Source: Bacteroidales bacterium
GTDB taxonomy: Bacteria > Bacteroidota > Bacteroidia > Bacteroidales > BM520
Direction of reading: 5' to 3'
DNA: 64,000 nucleotides
NCBI GenBank assembly: GCA_016285515.1
Contig: JAEEQW010000013.1
Location: 2,619 to 66,618 of the forward strand
The position numbers and the translations under genes were made by a program. Shown piece after piece: positions 25,430 to 35,942 of the stretch. How positions within the stretch are numbered: the first letter of the stretch is position 1; every line of letters starts with the position of its first letter. The notes beneath the pieces were generated by a model. The model did not search any database. It was not told the origin of the DNA and saw nothing but the letters and a program-made list of their open reading frames with translations.

Positions 25430-26140
25430 TTATTTTACAATATTTTTATTCGGTTCATCCGAAACTATCTGTCCGTCAACCAAACGTATTATCCTATGAG
25501 CGTGAAGTGCGATGTCTTCTTCATGGGTTATGATTATGACCGTGTTTCCGGCATCATGGATATCCTCTAAAAGTTTCATGATTTCGAGAGAAGTCTTTGT
25601 GTCAAGCGCACCAGTAGGTTCATCGGCAAGGATAATGCTTGGATTATTGATTAACGCACGTGCAGTGGCAACACGCTGCTTCTGACCTCCGGAGAGTTCG
25701 CTCGGATGATGTTCCATACGGTCGGCAAGCCCCACCTTCGCCAATGTTTCCTTGGCGTTCTTGATTCTTTCACTTTTGGGGACACCGGCATAAATCTGTG
25801 GGAGCATAACATTCTCAAGAGCCGTAGAACGAGGTAAAAGATTGAATGTCTGAAAAATGAAACCTATTTCATTATTGCGTATATCTGCAAGGGCATCATC
25901 ACTGATATTGCTCACATCTTTGCCATTGATGAAATATCTTCCTGAAGTTGGAGTATCAAGGCAGCCAATAATATTCATCAAAGTGGATTTGCCGGAACCC
26001 GACGGCCCCATCAATGCAACGAACTCATTCTTTCTGACTGTCAACGACACACCGCGAAGAGCATTCACCACTATGTCACCCATGTGAAAGTCTTTGACAA
26101 TATTCTCAAGTCTCAACGTCTCTTCAGCCATTTGTCGCAT
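25430..26140 (-). CDS. ABC transporter ATP-binding protein (MacB/LolD-like)
   Basis: Walker [10 protein letters not shown], signature LSGGQKQRV, Walker [13 protein letters not shown]-loop ITHE. Confidence 0.85.
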   Translation of the reverse strand: MRQMAEETLRLENIVKDFHMGDIVVNALRGVSLTVRKNEFVALMGPSGSGKSTLMNIIGCLDTPTSGRYFINGKDVSNISDDALADIRNNEIGFIFQTFNLLPRSTALENVMLPQIYAGVPKSERIKNAKETLAKVGLADRMEHHPSELSGGQKQRVATARALINNPSIILADEPTGALDTKTSLEIMKLLEDIHDAGNTVIIITHEEDIALHAHRIIRLVDGQIVSDEPNKNIVK

Positions 26141-26143
26141 AAT

Positions 26144-27394
26144 TTAACGTTCCATCGCGAACACAACCTGAGCCGCAGTTCTTGACACCTGCGTAAGAAG
26201 CATGTCATCCCTGCTGAATATCTCTTCAAGTTCAGCAGCGGTGTAATGTCTGACAGTTTCAAGAGTTGCATTTCTATTGTATTTTATTGAGAATGACTGT
26301 TTTAACATATCAAATAAAGATTCACATGAATGTTCGTTGTATGTAACGCAAAACGAAATCTTCTTGGCAGAAATCTGTATCATGTTGATGTCCATTTTGA
26401 ATTTTGCTGCAAGATCATAGATCGTTTTCACGTCATCTCCGAGAATAATGTTGTTCTTCAACGATTCAGCAGTTATAAGTATCTGATTTTTGAGACAAAT
26501 CCTTATCGGCGGATATTTGATTTCAAAATTGTCAAGAAGCATTGTGCCAGGATCCAGAAGATTGATGAATGAACGGACCCTGGTGACTATGTTTTTCGTT
26601 TTCAGTACCGACAACGTCTTTTTATGCAGGATTTTAGCACCGAAATACGACAATTCAACCATCTCGTCATATCCGATTTTATCAAGCTTTTGAGCGTCAT
26701 GGTAGATTTTCGGGTCAGTGTTGTATATTCCATCCACATCTTTCCAGAATGTCAATTCCTTCGCATTACAGAACACTGCAACAAGGGCGGCAGAATAATC
26801 GGAACCCTCCCTGCCGAGAGTTATGATGTCATTGGATGACGTTCCGCTTATAAAGCCCTGAATGATGATAATATGACTTTTAACGTTCTGTACCAGCTGT
26901 TTCATACGTTTTTCCGATGTCACAATATCAACGTTACCGCTACGCCAATTTTTGTCGGCAAGAAATATGTCATTTGCCTTGGCAAGATAGACATCCATTC
27001 CTGTAAATGTCAGATATTTTGCAACAATCAGCGTTGAAAACATCTCACCAAAACTGACAGTCTGGTCGTAGAAATAGTCATAGTCGGCTTTTGATGTGAC
27101 TGAAATCTTCTCAGCAAATTCAGCGAAAAGCTTGACGAGCTCATCGTCACAATCCTTTCCCACAAGGCTGTGCAGAATATCCAAGTGTTCATCTTTCAAT
27201 GAATTGTATTCATTGGAATAATCCTCATTATTGTAAGCCTTATTGACTATCGTTTCGATTTTGTTTGTAGTCTTGCCTAATGCGGAAATGACGAGCACAA
27301 GTCTGTCATCTCCATTTTCAGCAATAATCTCCGGCAAACGTTTTATACTCTCCGCATCTTTGATTGATGCACCACCTAACTTGAAGACATTCAT
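26144..27394 (-). CDS. lysC: Aspartate kinase
   Basis: MNVFKLGGASIKD ... VLVISALGKTTN ... TLGREGSDYSAA are aspartokinase motifs. The start was trimmed to MNVFKLGG because the longer ORF overlaps the upstream gene. Confidence 0.8.
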   Translation of the reverse strand: MNVFKLGGASIKDAESIKRLPEIIAENGDDRLVLVISALGKTTNKIETIVNKAYNNEDYSNEYNSLKDEHLDILHSLVGKDCDDELVKLFAEFAEKISVTSKADYDYFYDQTVSFGEMFSTLIVAKYLTFTGMDVYLAKANDIFLADKNWRSGNVDIVTSEKRMKQLVQNVKSHIIIIQGFISGTSSNDIITLGREGSDYSAALVAVFCNAKELTFWKDVDGIYNTDPKIYHDAQKLDKIGYDEMVELSYFGAKILHKKTLSVLKTKNIVTRVRSFINLLDPGTMLLDNFEIKYPPIRICLKNQILITAESLKNNIILGDDVKTIYDLAAKFKMDINMIQISAKKISFCVTYNEHSCESLFDMLKQSFSIKYNRNATLETVRHYTAAELEEIFSRDDMLLTQVSRTAAQVVFAMER

Positions 27395-27407
27395 AGGATA
27401 AAAGACA

Positions 27408-28505
27408 TCATTTCTGCAAGTACGACAAATCACGCAGGATATTCTGGAATGTGAAATACTGACACAGTACAAAATTCTGCGAATACACAATCTGGCCTGC
27501 ATCATCTTTTTTTGCTGACGGCAGACTAACCCACGCATACAGTTCATCAAGATTATATGGAGGGATTTCCTCATCAACAGGAACCTGGTCTATCTGAGCC
27601 TGAGTAAGAGGTATTCTGAATGTTTTCAAATACGATTTCACGCCATTGTTGTCAGTTATTGTGATTTCATGGGCTGGAACTGTTTTGAGGATTGAATCCA
27701 CGTTCATGTCATCATATTTGTCAGCATCCAAAGCAGCGGCATATCTGATATCGGAAAAGGAGGTAATGTAATCCATCAGTTTCACGGTATCGTACGATGG
27801 AAATTCCTGCATTCCAGGATAAGTGCTGAGTGTGAAATTACGTGAATCCACATTTTTCACGAAGAAGGATTCGTCAGGTTCTTCATTGTTAACCATCTGA
27901 ATTGTCGCAATTTGCGGAATACGATAAGAAAAAATCACATGAGACTTCCATACGTTGGAAACAACTGTATAATAAGGAGACACAAAACCTCTGTAACCAG
28001 GAATATAGACTATATAAGGACGTTTCGCATTTTCCTTTATCATGTAAGTTCCCATATTATCCATCGTAGCACTTCCCACATAGAATGTCAGAATATTCTT
28101 TTCACAAGGGAACAACTTGATGCCTAAAAACTTGAACTTATAATCATTAGCGTAAAATTCCACCTTATTGGAATTATTTGCGAGTTGCGAAATCACAGTA
28201 TTATAAGACGATTCCGGAACAGGACCGCGGACTTTGAGACGGCTGGTGGTAACGAGCATACTGTTGACAGCCTCATCGAATGCAGGCGATTCCCCATTGA
28301 CAGTCCAGCTCGTACCATGACGTTCAAGCAGTGTGCTGGCATTCTGTTTATCGGTAATAAAAACCTTAGTCACAGCATCAATGTCCTTGAGGGTGAAATC
28401 ATCATCATGACTCCTGCCTACAATCTTGGGGATAGCTATAATACAAGCAGCGACAAGTATTACAACACATGCTGCAATTATGAGTATTTTTCTGGATTTC
28501 TGCAT
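27408..28505 (-). CDS. DUF4340-like membrane-anchored protein (accessory to the GldG-type ABC system)
   Basis: A single N-terminal TM helix. It lies immediately downstream of the GldG-like gene with a 1-nt overlap, the usual DUF4340 position. Confidence 0.5.
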   Translation of the reverse strand: MQKSRKILIIAACVVILVAACIIAIPKIVGRSHDDDFTLKDIDAVTKVFITDKQNASTLLERHGTSWTVNGESPAFDEAVNSMLVTTSRLKVRGPVPESSYNTVISQLANNSNKVEFYANDYKFKFLGIKLFPCEKNILTFYVGSATMDNMGTYMIKENAKRPYIVYIPGYRGFVSPYYTVVSNVWKSHVIFSYRIPQIATIQMVNNEEPDESFFVKNVDSRNFTLSTYPGMQEFPSYDTVKLMDYITSFSDIRYAAALDADKYDDMNVDSILKTVPAHEITITDNNGVKSYLKTFRIPLTQAQIDQVPVDEEIPPYNLDELYAWVSLPSAKKDDAGQIVYSQNFVLCQYFTFQNILRDLSYLQK

Positions 28506-30235
28506 TATTTTGAATATTTACGTTTTCTTATCATGTTGAAGATTATGCCACATATAATGATTATCAACGATGGCAAAACCATATTAATTAAAACTATTGA
28601 TGTACGGTACGACTTGACTTTGTTTTTATCGAGAGTTCTCAACTTCAATTCGCGTGAACGCACTGAAATAAGACCTGAATCATCACAAAGATAATTCATT
28701 ATATTGAGGAACAATTCCGGATTACCGAATTGAATATCAACATATTGGTCGTAACCGACATTTAATGGATAACCATCACCGGCTCTGAACTGGTTTCTGA
28801 CCATGTCTGCATCCGAAATCACCACCATTGCTGTAGGCTTGCTAATCGGAACAAAGTCTATCAAGTTGCTCTCCATAAGGTTTTCAGGAATTCTATTGTC
28901 GTACAATGACGGGAAAGTGCCTTCCAACAAAACAGCCACAGGCAGGTTCTTCTCCTTGTAATATGAAGGGTCAATTGCATCAAGCGACTTCAATGACACA
29001 AGAGCTGGCACCTGTTCAGTTCTGGAATAAGGTGATGTTGTAAGAAGAACTGTGGAATTCACACCGTCAACACCTATTGTCGTAATTGGCGAAATGAACT
29101 GAGTTGAGATAGCGTTAAGGTTTTTGACGATAGGATGCTGCTCTGTCGGCGTCAGCACTGGGAAATACGGCCAATGGAAGAATTCAATCTGAGGTCTGTC
29201 AGCAACCATTCCAGTGGTCATGGGTATTGAGAGACATTGTATATCCAAAGCCAACTGCGGTTCCAACCTCACACCATAATTAAACAATTGGTCGGTTAAG
29301 TTATTTGCATTGCCAATAGCATACGTGGACGGTTGATTTTGCAGACTGTCCATTGAAACATACAGAGGCTCGACAAGCCACAAGACCTTTCCGCCGCGCA
29401 TTATGAACTGGTCGATGATGAACTTGTCTTTTTCAGGAACTTCCTTGTTTGGACCGGCAATAATGATAGCAGAATATTTATTCCTCATCTTAACAGTATC
29501 AGTTCCTTTTTCATAAATTTCTGCAAGACTTGTCAACTGACCGTCGATTTGAATTCTCGAAACCGAATAATACTCCTTCAACAATAACTCGAAAGAATAA
29601 GTTTCAGCAGGGGTCAGGCAGCCATAATCGTCAATAAAGGCTATATTGGCCTTATTTCTTGATGTCACCTTGCGGATAGCGTTGGAAATTTCATATTCGA
29701 GTGACTGTATGGAATTATTCAGCACTTCATCGGAAGGCACACCGATTTGGGACTGAAGCAGTTGCAGGGCGACCTCTTTTTCCTTATAGCCAACTATTGC
29801 ACCTGGAAATATTATTTTTCTTTCACTACCCTTATTAGTTGTAACGTGCAAATCGGTAGGCTGAAGTCCCTTGTCAACAAGTTCCTGATAAGTCTGTGTG
29901 ATCAGTTCCCCGTCATCGGAAGCCGACGGATCGATAAAATCGTATTCCACATATTTGCTGTGAGCGGCAAATTCGTCAAGCATCTCGCGCGTTTCATTTC
30001 TAAGTCTCTGAAATCCCGCGGGCATGTCCTCACCTGTCAGGAAAACCTTGAAATACACATAATCGTCAAGTCCCTTAAGCAGGTCAATGGTAGCAGGTGA
30101 AAGGGTGTATCTTTTCTCCGAGGTAAGGTCAAATCTTTTATAAACGTATGAGGATATGATATTTATGGCTGCCACGAACAATAATCCTATCAGGATGAAC
30201 AGCAAAGGAGACCATCTTCTTACTTTTTTCTTCAT
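28505..30235 (-). CDS. gldG: GldG-family ABC-transporter auxiliary protein
   Basis: 576 aa with N- and C-terminal TM anchors and a large periplasmic part. It follows an ABC-2 permease gene with a 1-nt gap. Confidence 0.65.
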   Translation of the reverse strand: MKKKVRRWSPLLFILIGLLFVAAINIISSYVYKRFDLTSEKRYTLSPATIDLLKGLDDYVYFKVFLTGEDMPAGFQRLRNETREMLDEFAAHSKYVEYDFIDPSASDDGELITQTYQELVDKGLQPTDLHVTTNKGSERKIIFPGAIVGYKEKEVALQLLQSQIGVPSDEVLNNSIQSLEYEISNAIRKVTSRNKANIAFIDDYGCLTPAETYSFELLLKEYYSVSRIQIDGQLTSLAEIYEKGTDTVKMRNKYSAIIIAGPNKEVPEKDKFIIDQFIMRGGKVLWLVEPLYVSMDSLQNQPSTYAIGNANNLTDQLFNYGVRLEPQLALDIQCLSIPMTTGMVADRPQIEFFHWPYFPVLTPTEQHPIVKNLNAISTQFISPITTIGVDGVNSTVLLTTSPYSRTEQVPALVSLKSLDAIDPSYYKEKNLPVAVLLEGTFPSLYDNRIPENLMESNLIDFVPISKPTAMVVISDADMVRNQFRAGDGYPLNVGYDQYVDIQFGNPELFLNIMNYLCDDSGLISVRSRELKLRTLDKNKVKSYRTSIVLINMVLPSLIIIICGIIFNMIRKRKYSK

Positions 30236-30236
30236 A

Positions 30237-30965
30237 CTATTTTCTCCTTTCTATTGAAAATTTGGTAAACATCAGGAAAACAAAGATGATGCTCAAATAA
30301 TAAACCACATCACGGGTGTCAATCACACCGCGGCTCAAAGAAACGTAATGTGCCTGCATTCCAAGATTTTTAACAAAAAGCAGCATGTCACCGAATATCC
30401 TCATCTGGTAAATCGTCTCAAAACCGAGATACATGAAGGTGCAGATAAGCGCGGAGAATATGAATGCGATAATCTGATTATCAGTCAGTGAAGAGCAGAA
30501 AACGCCAATTGCGGTAAATGAGATTCCAAGCAGGAACAATCCCGCATACGAGCCGAAAACCGCACCGCTGTCGATATTTCCGACCGTAGAGCCCAGATAA
30601 TAGACAGTATAGTAAAAGACCAGAGTCGGCACAAGCGAAAGCAATATCACAACGCAGGATGAGAAATACTTTGCGAGAACTATCTGCATTGACGAAAGAG
30701 GCTTGGAGGACAACGTTTCAAATGTTCCAGTACGTTTTTCTTCGGCAAAAGTTCTCATGGTTATTGCCGGGATGAGGAACAAGAAGATAAATGGAGCAAG
30801 GATAAAGAAGCCGTTGATATTGGCATAACCGAAATCCAAAACGTTGAAAGAGTCTGGAAATACCCAGAGGATAAGCCCCATTACAATCAAAAATACAAGA
30901 ATGGCTATGTATCCTATCGCTGAGGAGAAATAACCACTTAATTCTTTCTTGAAAAGAGCAAGCAT
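30237..30965 (-). CDS. gldF: ABC-2 type permease (GldF-like)
   Basis: 242 aa with about 6 TM helices. MLALFKKELSGYFSSAIGYI is the typical N-terminus of this family. Confidence 0.7.
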   Translation of the reverse strand: MLALFKKELSGYFSSAIGYIAILVFLIVMGLILWVFPDSFNVLDFGYANINGFFILAPFIFLFLIPAITMRTFAEEKRTGTFETLSSKPLSSMQIVLAKYFSSCVVILLSLVPTLVFYYTVYYLGSTVGNIDSGAVFGSYAGLFLLGISFTAIGVFCSSLTDNQIIAFIFSALICTFMYLGFETIYQMRIFGDMLLFVKNLGMQAHYVSLSRGVIDTRDVVYYLSIIFVFLMFTKFSIERRK

Positions 30966-30982
30966 TTTATTACCTAAATTAT

Positions 30983-31975
30983 TTACAAATAAATTTCAAT
31001 AAGCATTAAATCACCTTCTGTGTTCTCGATACTGTAACCGTTGAGACTTGCCGGCACAAGAACAGCTTCTCCCCTTCTGATTACAGTTGTGACACCGTTG
31101 GAGGAAACTGTACCTTCTCCGTCAAACGCAAGAAGTGCAATAAAAGTGTCATCTGTATCTAAAGTGAAGTCAAGACGGCGTGTTACACGTATTATATTGG
31201 TGTTGAAATTATCACTGTTTATAAGACTGATCCTCTTGTTCTCAAGGTCTGTGTTTGGATGGACCAGAACAGGCGGCTTATTGTCCCTGAAATTGATGGC
31301 ACGTTCTGCCATGAACTGATGAAGCTCACGCGGATTGCCGTTTTCATCAACTCGATTCCAGTCATAAATACGATACGTGGTATCGGATGACTGTTGGATT
31401 TCGGCCACTAAAAGACCGGGACCAAGCGCATGAACCATACCGGCAGGAATAAACACTGCATCGCCTTTACTTACATTGACATAATTCAGAACCTGTTCAA
31501 GTGTATTGTTGCTGACATGTTTTTTGTATTCCTGCAAAGTCAGTTCCTTTTTGAAGCCCGCAATAATCTTGGCTTTAGGAGCAGCATCAAGCACATACCA
31601 CATTTCATCCTTACCACTGTCAATTTCAAGCTTTGCTGCAAGAGCATCATCAGGATGAACTTGAATCGACAGCCAACTGTTGGAATTGATAATCTTTACA
31701 AGCAGAGGAAATCTTGGATCTTCTTCGCTGAAGCGTTTGCTTCCCATCAGGTCATCGAAGAAAATCCCGATAAGTTCATTCAGGTCATTTTCAGCCAACG
31801 GACCATCGGAAACGACTGACACATCGTCATTGTGACCGGATAAAACCCACATCTCGCCACAGTTTTTCAGCGGACTGAAATCCTTGTAGAGGACTGTTTT
31901 GATTTTATCACCTCCCCAAATCTTGTCCTTGAATATGGGTGCAAAAGGCAACGGATACAAAATTGAATTTTCCAT
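30983..31975 (-). CDS. manA: Type I phosphomannose isomerase (mannose-6-phosphate isomerase)
   Basis: LSIQVHPDD, KDEMWYVL, VFIPAGMVHALGPGLLVAEIQQSSDTTYRIYDW. Confidence 0.8.
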   Translation of the reverse strand: MENSILYPLPFAPIFKDKIWGGDKIKTVLYKDFSPLKNCGEMWVLSGHNDDVSVVSDGPLAENDLNELIGIFFDDLMGSKRFSEEDPRFPLLVKIINSNSWLSIQVHPDDALAAKLEIDSGKDEMWYVLDAAPKAKIIAGFKKELTLQEYKKHVSNNTLEQVLNYVNVSKGDAVFIPAGMVHALGPGLLVAEIQQSSDTTYRIYDWNRVDENGNPRELHQFMAERAINFRDNKPPVLVHPNTDLENKRISLINSDNFNTNIIRVTRRLDFTLDTDDTFIALLAFDGEGTVSSNGVTTVIRRGEAVLVPASLNGYSIENTEGDLMLIEIYL

Positions 31976-31978
31976 GGT

Positions 31979-33019
31979 TTACTGATTATTGTATTTTAGA
32001 ACATCCTCGCTGAAATAATCGAGTTGGATACCTGCCTGACGGAACATTTCCTCCGATTCCTTGGCAGCATGGTACTTGTTGGCACAGACCACTCTTACGA
32101 TGCCGCAGTTTATAATCATCATCGCACATGTTCTGCATGGTGTCATACGGCAGTAAAGTGTAGCACCGTCAACTGACACGCCAAGTTTTGCTGCCTGACA
32201 GATGGCATTTTGTTCGGCATGTACCGTCCTTACGCAATGCATCGATTCAGTGCCATCTTCATTTATCATTTTCTTCATAAGATGTCCGACCTCATCGCAG
32301 TGTGGCAGTCCGGATGGAGAACCTACATATCCTGTTACGAGTATTCTATGGTTCTTTACGATGACACATCCGCTGCGACCTCTGTCACATGTCGCACGTT
32401 TTGCAATTATGTCGGCGACCTCCATGAAATACTCATCCCAACTTGGACGATTATCATTCATTTTTTCTCTCAACTCATCCACGATTTTTGCAACTTCATT
32501 ATGCAAATCCTCAATACTGCCATTATTATCTATGTGATAATCAGCACATTCTATGCACTTGCGCAAGTTCTGCTTATTAGGGTCGGATGTTTCATATTCA
32601 CGTTGTTCATCAGAGACAAACTTTTCATACGTAACATGGTCGGTTTCAGAACCACGAAGCACTATCCTGTCGTAACGGATTTTTCTTTCGGCATCCACAG
32701 CCAGAAGTATGAAATTGCCCTTTTTGCGAAGCGATTCAACTTCGCCTGGAGTTCTTATGCTTTCTATTATACAGTTTTGACCACTCTTCTTAGCCTGTTC
32801 AAAAAGGCAGTCAACAATATAAGACGGTGAATTCGAAGCTCTTAGGTCATTAGCCACTGCAGTCAGATTATCACGGTTCACCTCAAGACCTCTCCGTTTG
32901 ATCTCCTCGGAAATGAATCCCCTGACAGAATAATGAACGAAGTTCAGGTTATTTACCATATAATCCACTATTGTACCTTTCCCTGCACCCAAAGTGCCTG
33001 TAATTCCTATAATTATCAT
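31979..33019 (-). CDS. Fusion protein: N-terminal P-loop nucleotide-kinase-like domain + C-terminal dCMP/cytidine deaminase domain
   Basis: The N-terminal Walker A motif IGITGTLGAGKGT sits in a ~190-aa kinase-like module. The C-terminus has WDEYFM ... VHAEQNAI ... PCRTCA (zinc-binding H-A-E and PC..C motifs of ComEB/dCMP deaminases). Confidence 0.8.
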   Translation of the reverse strand: MIIIGITGTLGAGKGTIVDYMVNNLNFVHYSVRGFISEEIKRRGLEVNRDNLTAVANDLRASNSPSYIVDCLFEQAKKSGQNCIIESIRTPGEVESLRKKGNFILLAVDAERKIRYDRIVLRGSETDHVTYEKFVSDEQREYETSDPNKQNLRKCIECADYHIDNNGSIEDLHNEVAKIVDELREKMNDNRPSWDEYFMEVADIIAKRATCDRGRSGCVIVKNHRILVTGYVGSPSGLPHCDEVGHLMKKMINEDGTESMHCVRTVHAEQNAICQAAKLGVSVDGATLYCRMTPCRTCAMMIINCGIVRVVCANKYHAAKESEEMFRQAGIQLDYFSEDVLKYNNQ

Positions 33020-33021
33020 TT

Positions 33022-33648
33022 TTATTTATTTTGATTGATAATGTAATTTGTGTTTTCAATAATCTTATCCACCCACTTGTTTTCCACATACACGGGATGA
33101 TAGGAATACAATCTTTCGAACATGGTTTCCAGATTGTCAACTACAATTATATTGTCACGATGTTCTGTTCTCACAAACCCCTTTTCAACGCATAAATCAA
33201 TATGAGCCATAAAGTTGTCATAGAAGTGGTCGATATTGAGGAGAACAAGAGGTTTCGACATGGAATTGAGCTGGTGATGTGTCAGCACTTCTGTTATTTC
33301 ATCCATAGTACCGAAACCGCCAGGCAGAGCCACAAAAGCGTCTGACATTTCTATCATCATGTTTTTGCGCTCACTCATGGAATCACACCTTATCAGTTGC
33401 GTTATTCTGTTATATGAAACATTTTTGTCGATGAGAACATCGGGCATGATGCCGACAACCAGTCCGCCATTGTCAAGGACCGAGTCGGCAAGTATTCTCA
33501 TAAGACCGATATTTGACCCGCCATAAATCAGTTTAATATCCTTCTGGGCGAGCATTACACCAAGGTTTTCAGCCACCTTGCGATAATGGTCATCAAAGCC
33601 CATACATGAGCCACAGAACACACTTAGCGATTTAACGACACACTGCAT
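33022..33648 (-). CDS. LOG-family (TIGR00730) nucleotide 5'-monophosphate phosphoribohydrolase
   Basis: GGSNIGLMRILADSV ... GIMP ... ALPGGFGTMDEITE. Confidence 0.85.
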   Translation of the reverse strand: MQCVVKSLSVFCGSCMGFDDHYRKVAENLGVMLAQKDIKLIYGGSNIGLMRILADSVLDNGGLVVGIMPDVLIDKNVSYNRITQLIRCDSMSERKNMMIEMSDAFVALPGGFGTMDEITEVLTHHQLNSMSKPLVLLNIDHFYDNFMAHIDLCVEKGFVRTEHRDNIIVVDNLETMFERLYSYHPVYVENKWVDKIIENTNYIINQNK

Positions 33649-33655
33649 GATATTG

Positions 33656-34981
33656 TTAGTCTTGCAACACGACGGAGTAAGTCATGTCGAGCATAATGCG
33701 CTTGGTTGGATCAGAAGGGTTGCTGCCATACAGCGCCACACGGGCCGGAGTATAGCTTGCATATTTGACAACCAAATACAGGCCATAGTTTTCAATAGTT
33801 CCGTAGAAATATTCCTGCATCAGGCTTGATACCCTGAAACTGACAATACCAGTCTCAGAATTATAAGTGCCGCCATAATATGAAGCATTGAGGTAGGCAT
33901 CAGGCACCGTTGCAGTTGTCCCGTCACTCTTGATTCTGACAAGTTCGTATTCGGTTGGCATTGAAATATAATATGATGACGGATCGACATGAAACGACAA
34001 AACAGCATTGGAAACCGCGATGGTTCCTTTTGCAGCTATGGAATCGATACCTTCAATGAAAATATTTGCGAAAAGTCCGCTGAGCGACTGTACATACAGT
34101 TTTTCCTCTCCCCTTGCAGTGTCGTTTACTGCCGTCCTGATTTCAGGTGATGCATCCTGATAGTCGAAATGGTCGTATTCCAAATATCTTACGAGGTCTT
34201 CAGTCACATTCAAGCGATAGGAAAGTCCTCCTGTAGTATCATTGTGATAATAGATTTTTATGAATGTGAGGTCATCCTCAAGATAAAAATGCACAAGTGC
34301 GCCGCTGCCTGGGGTATTAACCACATCCGGAGTAATGTATATGCCATTGAGCAAATCTATGAAAGCCGTGTCGGATGCAAGGTAACTTGAATCGGCAGTG
34401 ATGATACGTTCACCGAGGGAATTGTCGAGTTTTATCCTCAATACAGGAGCAATCAGCCCACCGTCAACATAAACCGAATCAAGAGAAGGCATGAAAGTCC
34501 TGCTGCCCAATTCAACAGCGGAATGGCGGCATCTGTAATTTGAGAAATACGTTCCCTCCAATTTTTCATTGAGTTCATACACTCTGAAAGTCTGCGGACA
34601 TAACTTGTCGCCGTAAATGTTTCCCGAATAAGCCATGGACAGCACAACTGAATCCACACCTGTCGCTTTGGAAAATTCCGGATTTTCCGACGTCAGGCCG
34701 AATGTTACTGCAAGAGAAGAAGAAGTCTTTCCGAACATAGGGTCGAACATGCAGCCGACAGGGTAAGTTTCATTATCACTGAAACCGCTCGATGACGTTG
34801 AATCCTGCACAGCTGTGACGGCTGTGACATACAATGTGTCTCTGTATGGGACAAAAATATCGGAATCGATGATTTCAATTCCTATCCCATTATCATCAGG
34901 TTTGCAGCCCGTTGTCACAAATGACAGCAGAAGGCAGAAACCGGCTATTTTTAACAAGCCCGAAAAAATATTTTTCAGCAT
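33656..34981 (-). CDS. DUF4270-like lipoprotein
   Basis: Lipobox VTTGC. A 441-aa beta-rich protein directly downstream of the short glycogen-synthase-like gene, the usual DUF4270 context. Confidence 0.5.
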   Translation of the reverse strand: MLKNIFSGLLKIAGFCLLLSFVTTGCKPDDNGIGIEIIDSDIFVPYRDTLYVTAVTAVQDSTSSSGFSDNETYPVGCMFDPMFGKTSSSLAVTFGLTSENPEFSKATGVDSVVLSMAYSGNIYGDKLCPQTFRVYELNEKLEGTYFSNYRCRHSAVELGSRTFMPSLDSVYVDGGLIAPVLRIKLDNSLGERIITADSSYLASDTAFIDLLNGIYITPDVVNTPGSGALVHFYLEDDLTFIKIYYHNDTTGGLSYRLNVTEDLVRYLEYDHFDYQDASPEIRTAVNDTARGEEKLYVQSLSGLFANIFIEGIDSIAAKGTIAVSNAVLSFHVDPSSYYISMPTEYELVRIKSDGTTATVPDAYLNASYYGGTYNSETGIVSFRVSSLMQEYFYGTIENYGLYLVVKYASYTPARVALYGSNPSDPTKRIMLDMTYSVVLQD

Positions 34982-34984
34982 AAT

Positions 34985-35830
34985 TTAGTATTCAATTATT
35001 TCGTCGAAAAAAGCATCTGTTGTTTCGGACAAATAATCAATATCATATCTGTTATATGAAATATAAGGCAGATTTTTGCTTTTTACGTACGAGGTAAGGA
35101 TCGGATTGACATTCTTTTCCGCGAAAATAATAGCATCGGAATTGTCGATTGCAGATTTCATAAGGGTGATGTAGTCTGCCGTTTTAAAGGCCGCCAGTTC
35201 GTCCTCCTTCAATCCGTCGTATTTCAGTTTTTCATAGAGTGTATCTGACATTTTTTCCTGAAAGTCATCCTCATAGATGGTTGTCACCACTTTTGAAGTA
35301 GTGAAAAGAGGATTGTCCCTGTACATTTTATTGACATAAAGCGGGGCAAAAGCAGCCATCCATCCGTGGCAGTTGACAATATTCGGAGCCCAGCCGAGTT
35401 TTTTCACTGTTTCAAGCACACTGCGGCAGAAGAAGAGGGAGCGTTCGTCATTGTCGTCGAAAAATGTTCCAGATGCGTCTCTGAATATGAATTTGCGTTT
35501 GAAGTATTCATCGTTATCGATGAAATAAATCTGTATTCTTACCTGGGAGATGGAAGCCACTTTGATGATGATAGGATGATCGACATCATCAATAATGAGG
35601 TTCATGCCTGATAGTCTGATTACTTCGTGCAGTTGGTTACGTCGTTCGTTTATTAGCCCGAACTTAGGCATAAACGTTCTGATTTCCTTGTTACGTTCCT
35701 GAATACCCTGGGGCAGATAACGGCAAATAGTTCCTTTTATAGTTTGATCAATATATGGGAGTATTTCCTGTGTAATGAATAAGACTTTTGTTTTTTCAGC
35801 AGATTGATTTTGCTCCATTTCCCAACGCAA
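34985..35830 (-). CDS. Short glycogen/starch-synthase-like protein (catalytic N-domain only)
   Basis: KVLFITQEILPY ... P.FG ... CHGWMAAFAPLY resembles the Glyco_transf_5 N-terminal region. An alternative start lies at 35818. Confidence 0.6.
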   Translation of the reverse strand: MRWEMEQNQSAEKTKVLFITQEILPYIDQTIKGTICRYLPQGIQERNKEIRTFMPKFGLINERRNQLHEVIRLSGMNLIIDDVDHPIIIKVASISQVRIQIYFIDNDEYFKRKFIFRDASGTFFDDNDERSLFFCRSVLETVKKLGWAPNIVNCHGWMAAFAPLYVNKMYRDNPLFTTSKVVTTIYEDDFQEKMSDTLYEKLKYDGLKEDELAAFKTADYITLMKSAIDNSDAIIFAEKNVNPILTSYVKSKNLPYISYNRYDIDYLSETTDAFFDEIIEY

Positions 35831-35875
35831 ATTTTAATTATTTGCAAAGATAATAAAAAAAAATTAGATGTTTCG

Positions 35876-35911
35876 CAAAAAAAAATCTGCTGATAAATGC
35901 TACCAGCAGAT
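35876..35911 (-). terminator. Rho-independent terminator after the exbD cluster
   Basis: Stem atctgctg (35885-35892) with cagcagat (35904-35911). On the minus strand it is followed by a 9-nt T run. Confidence 0.6.
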
Positions 35912-35942
35912 TTTTAACATTTTTTACTTATAGAGTAATTTT

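Noticed and set aside
27395-27577. 61-aa N-terminal extension of the aspartate kinase ORF
   Set aside because: It overlaps the 3' end of the upstream DUF4340-like gene and is Cys/Arg-rich with no homology pattern. The canonical MNVFKLGGAS start lies at 27394.
27408-30965. Gliding motility locus (GldF/GldG)
   Set aside because: Only the ABC-2 permease, the GldG-type auxiliary protein and DUF4340 are present. There is no adjacent GldA ATPase and no other gld or spr genes. These proteins also occur in non-gliding Bacteroidales, so motility is not implied.
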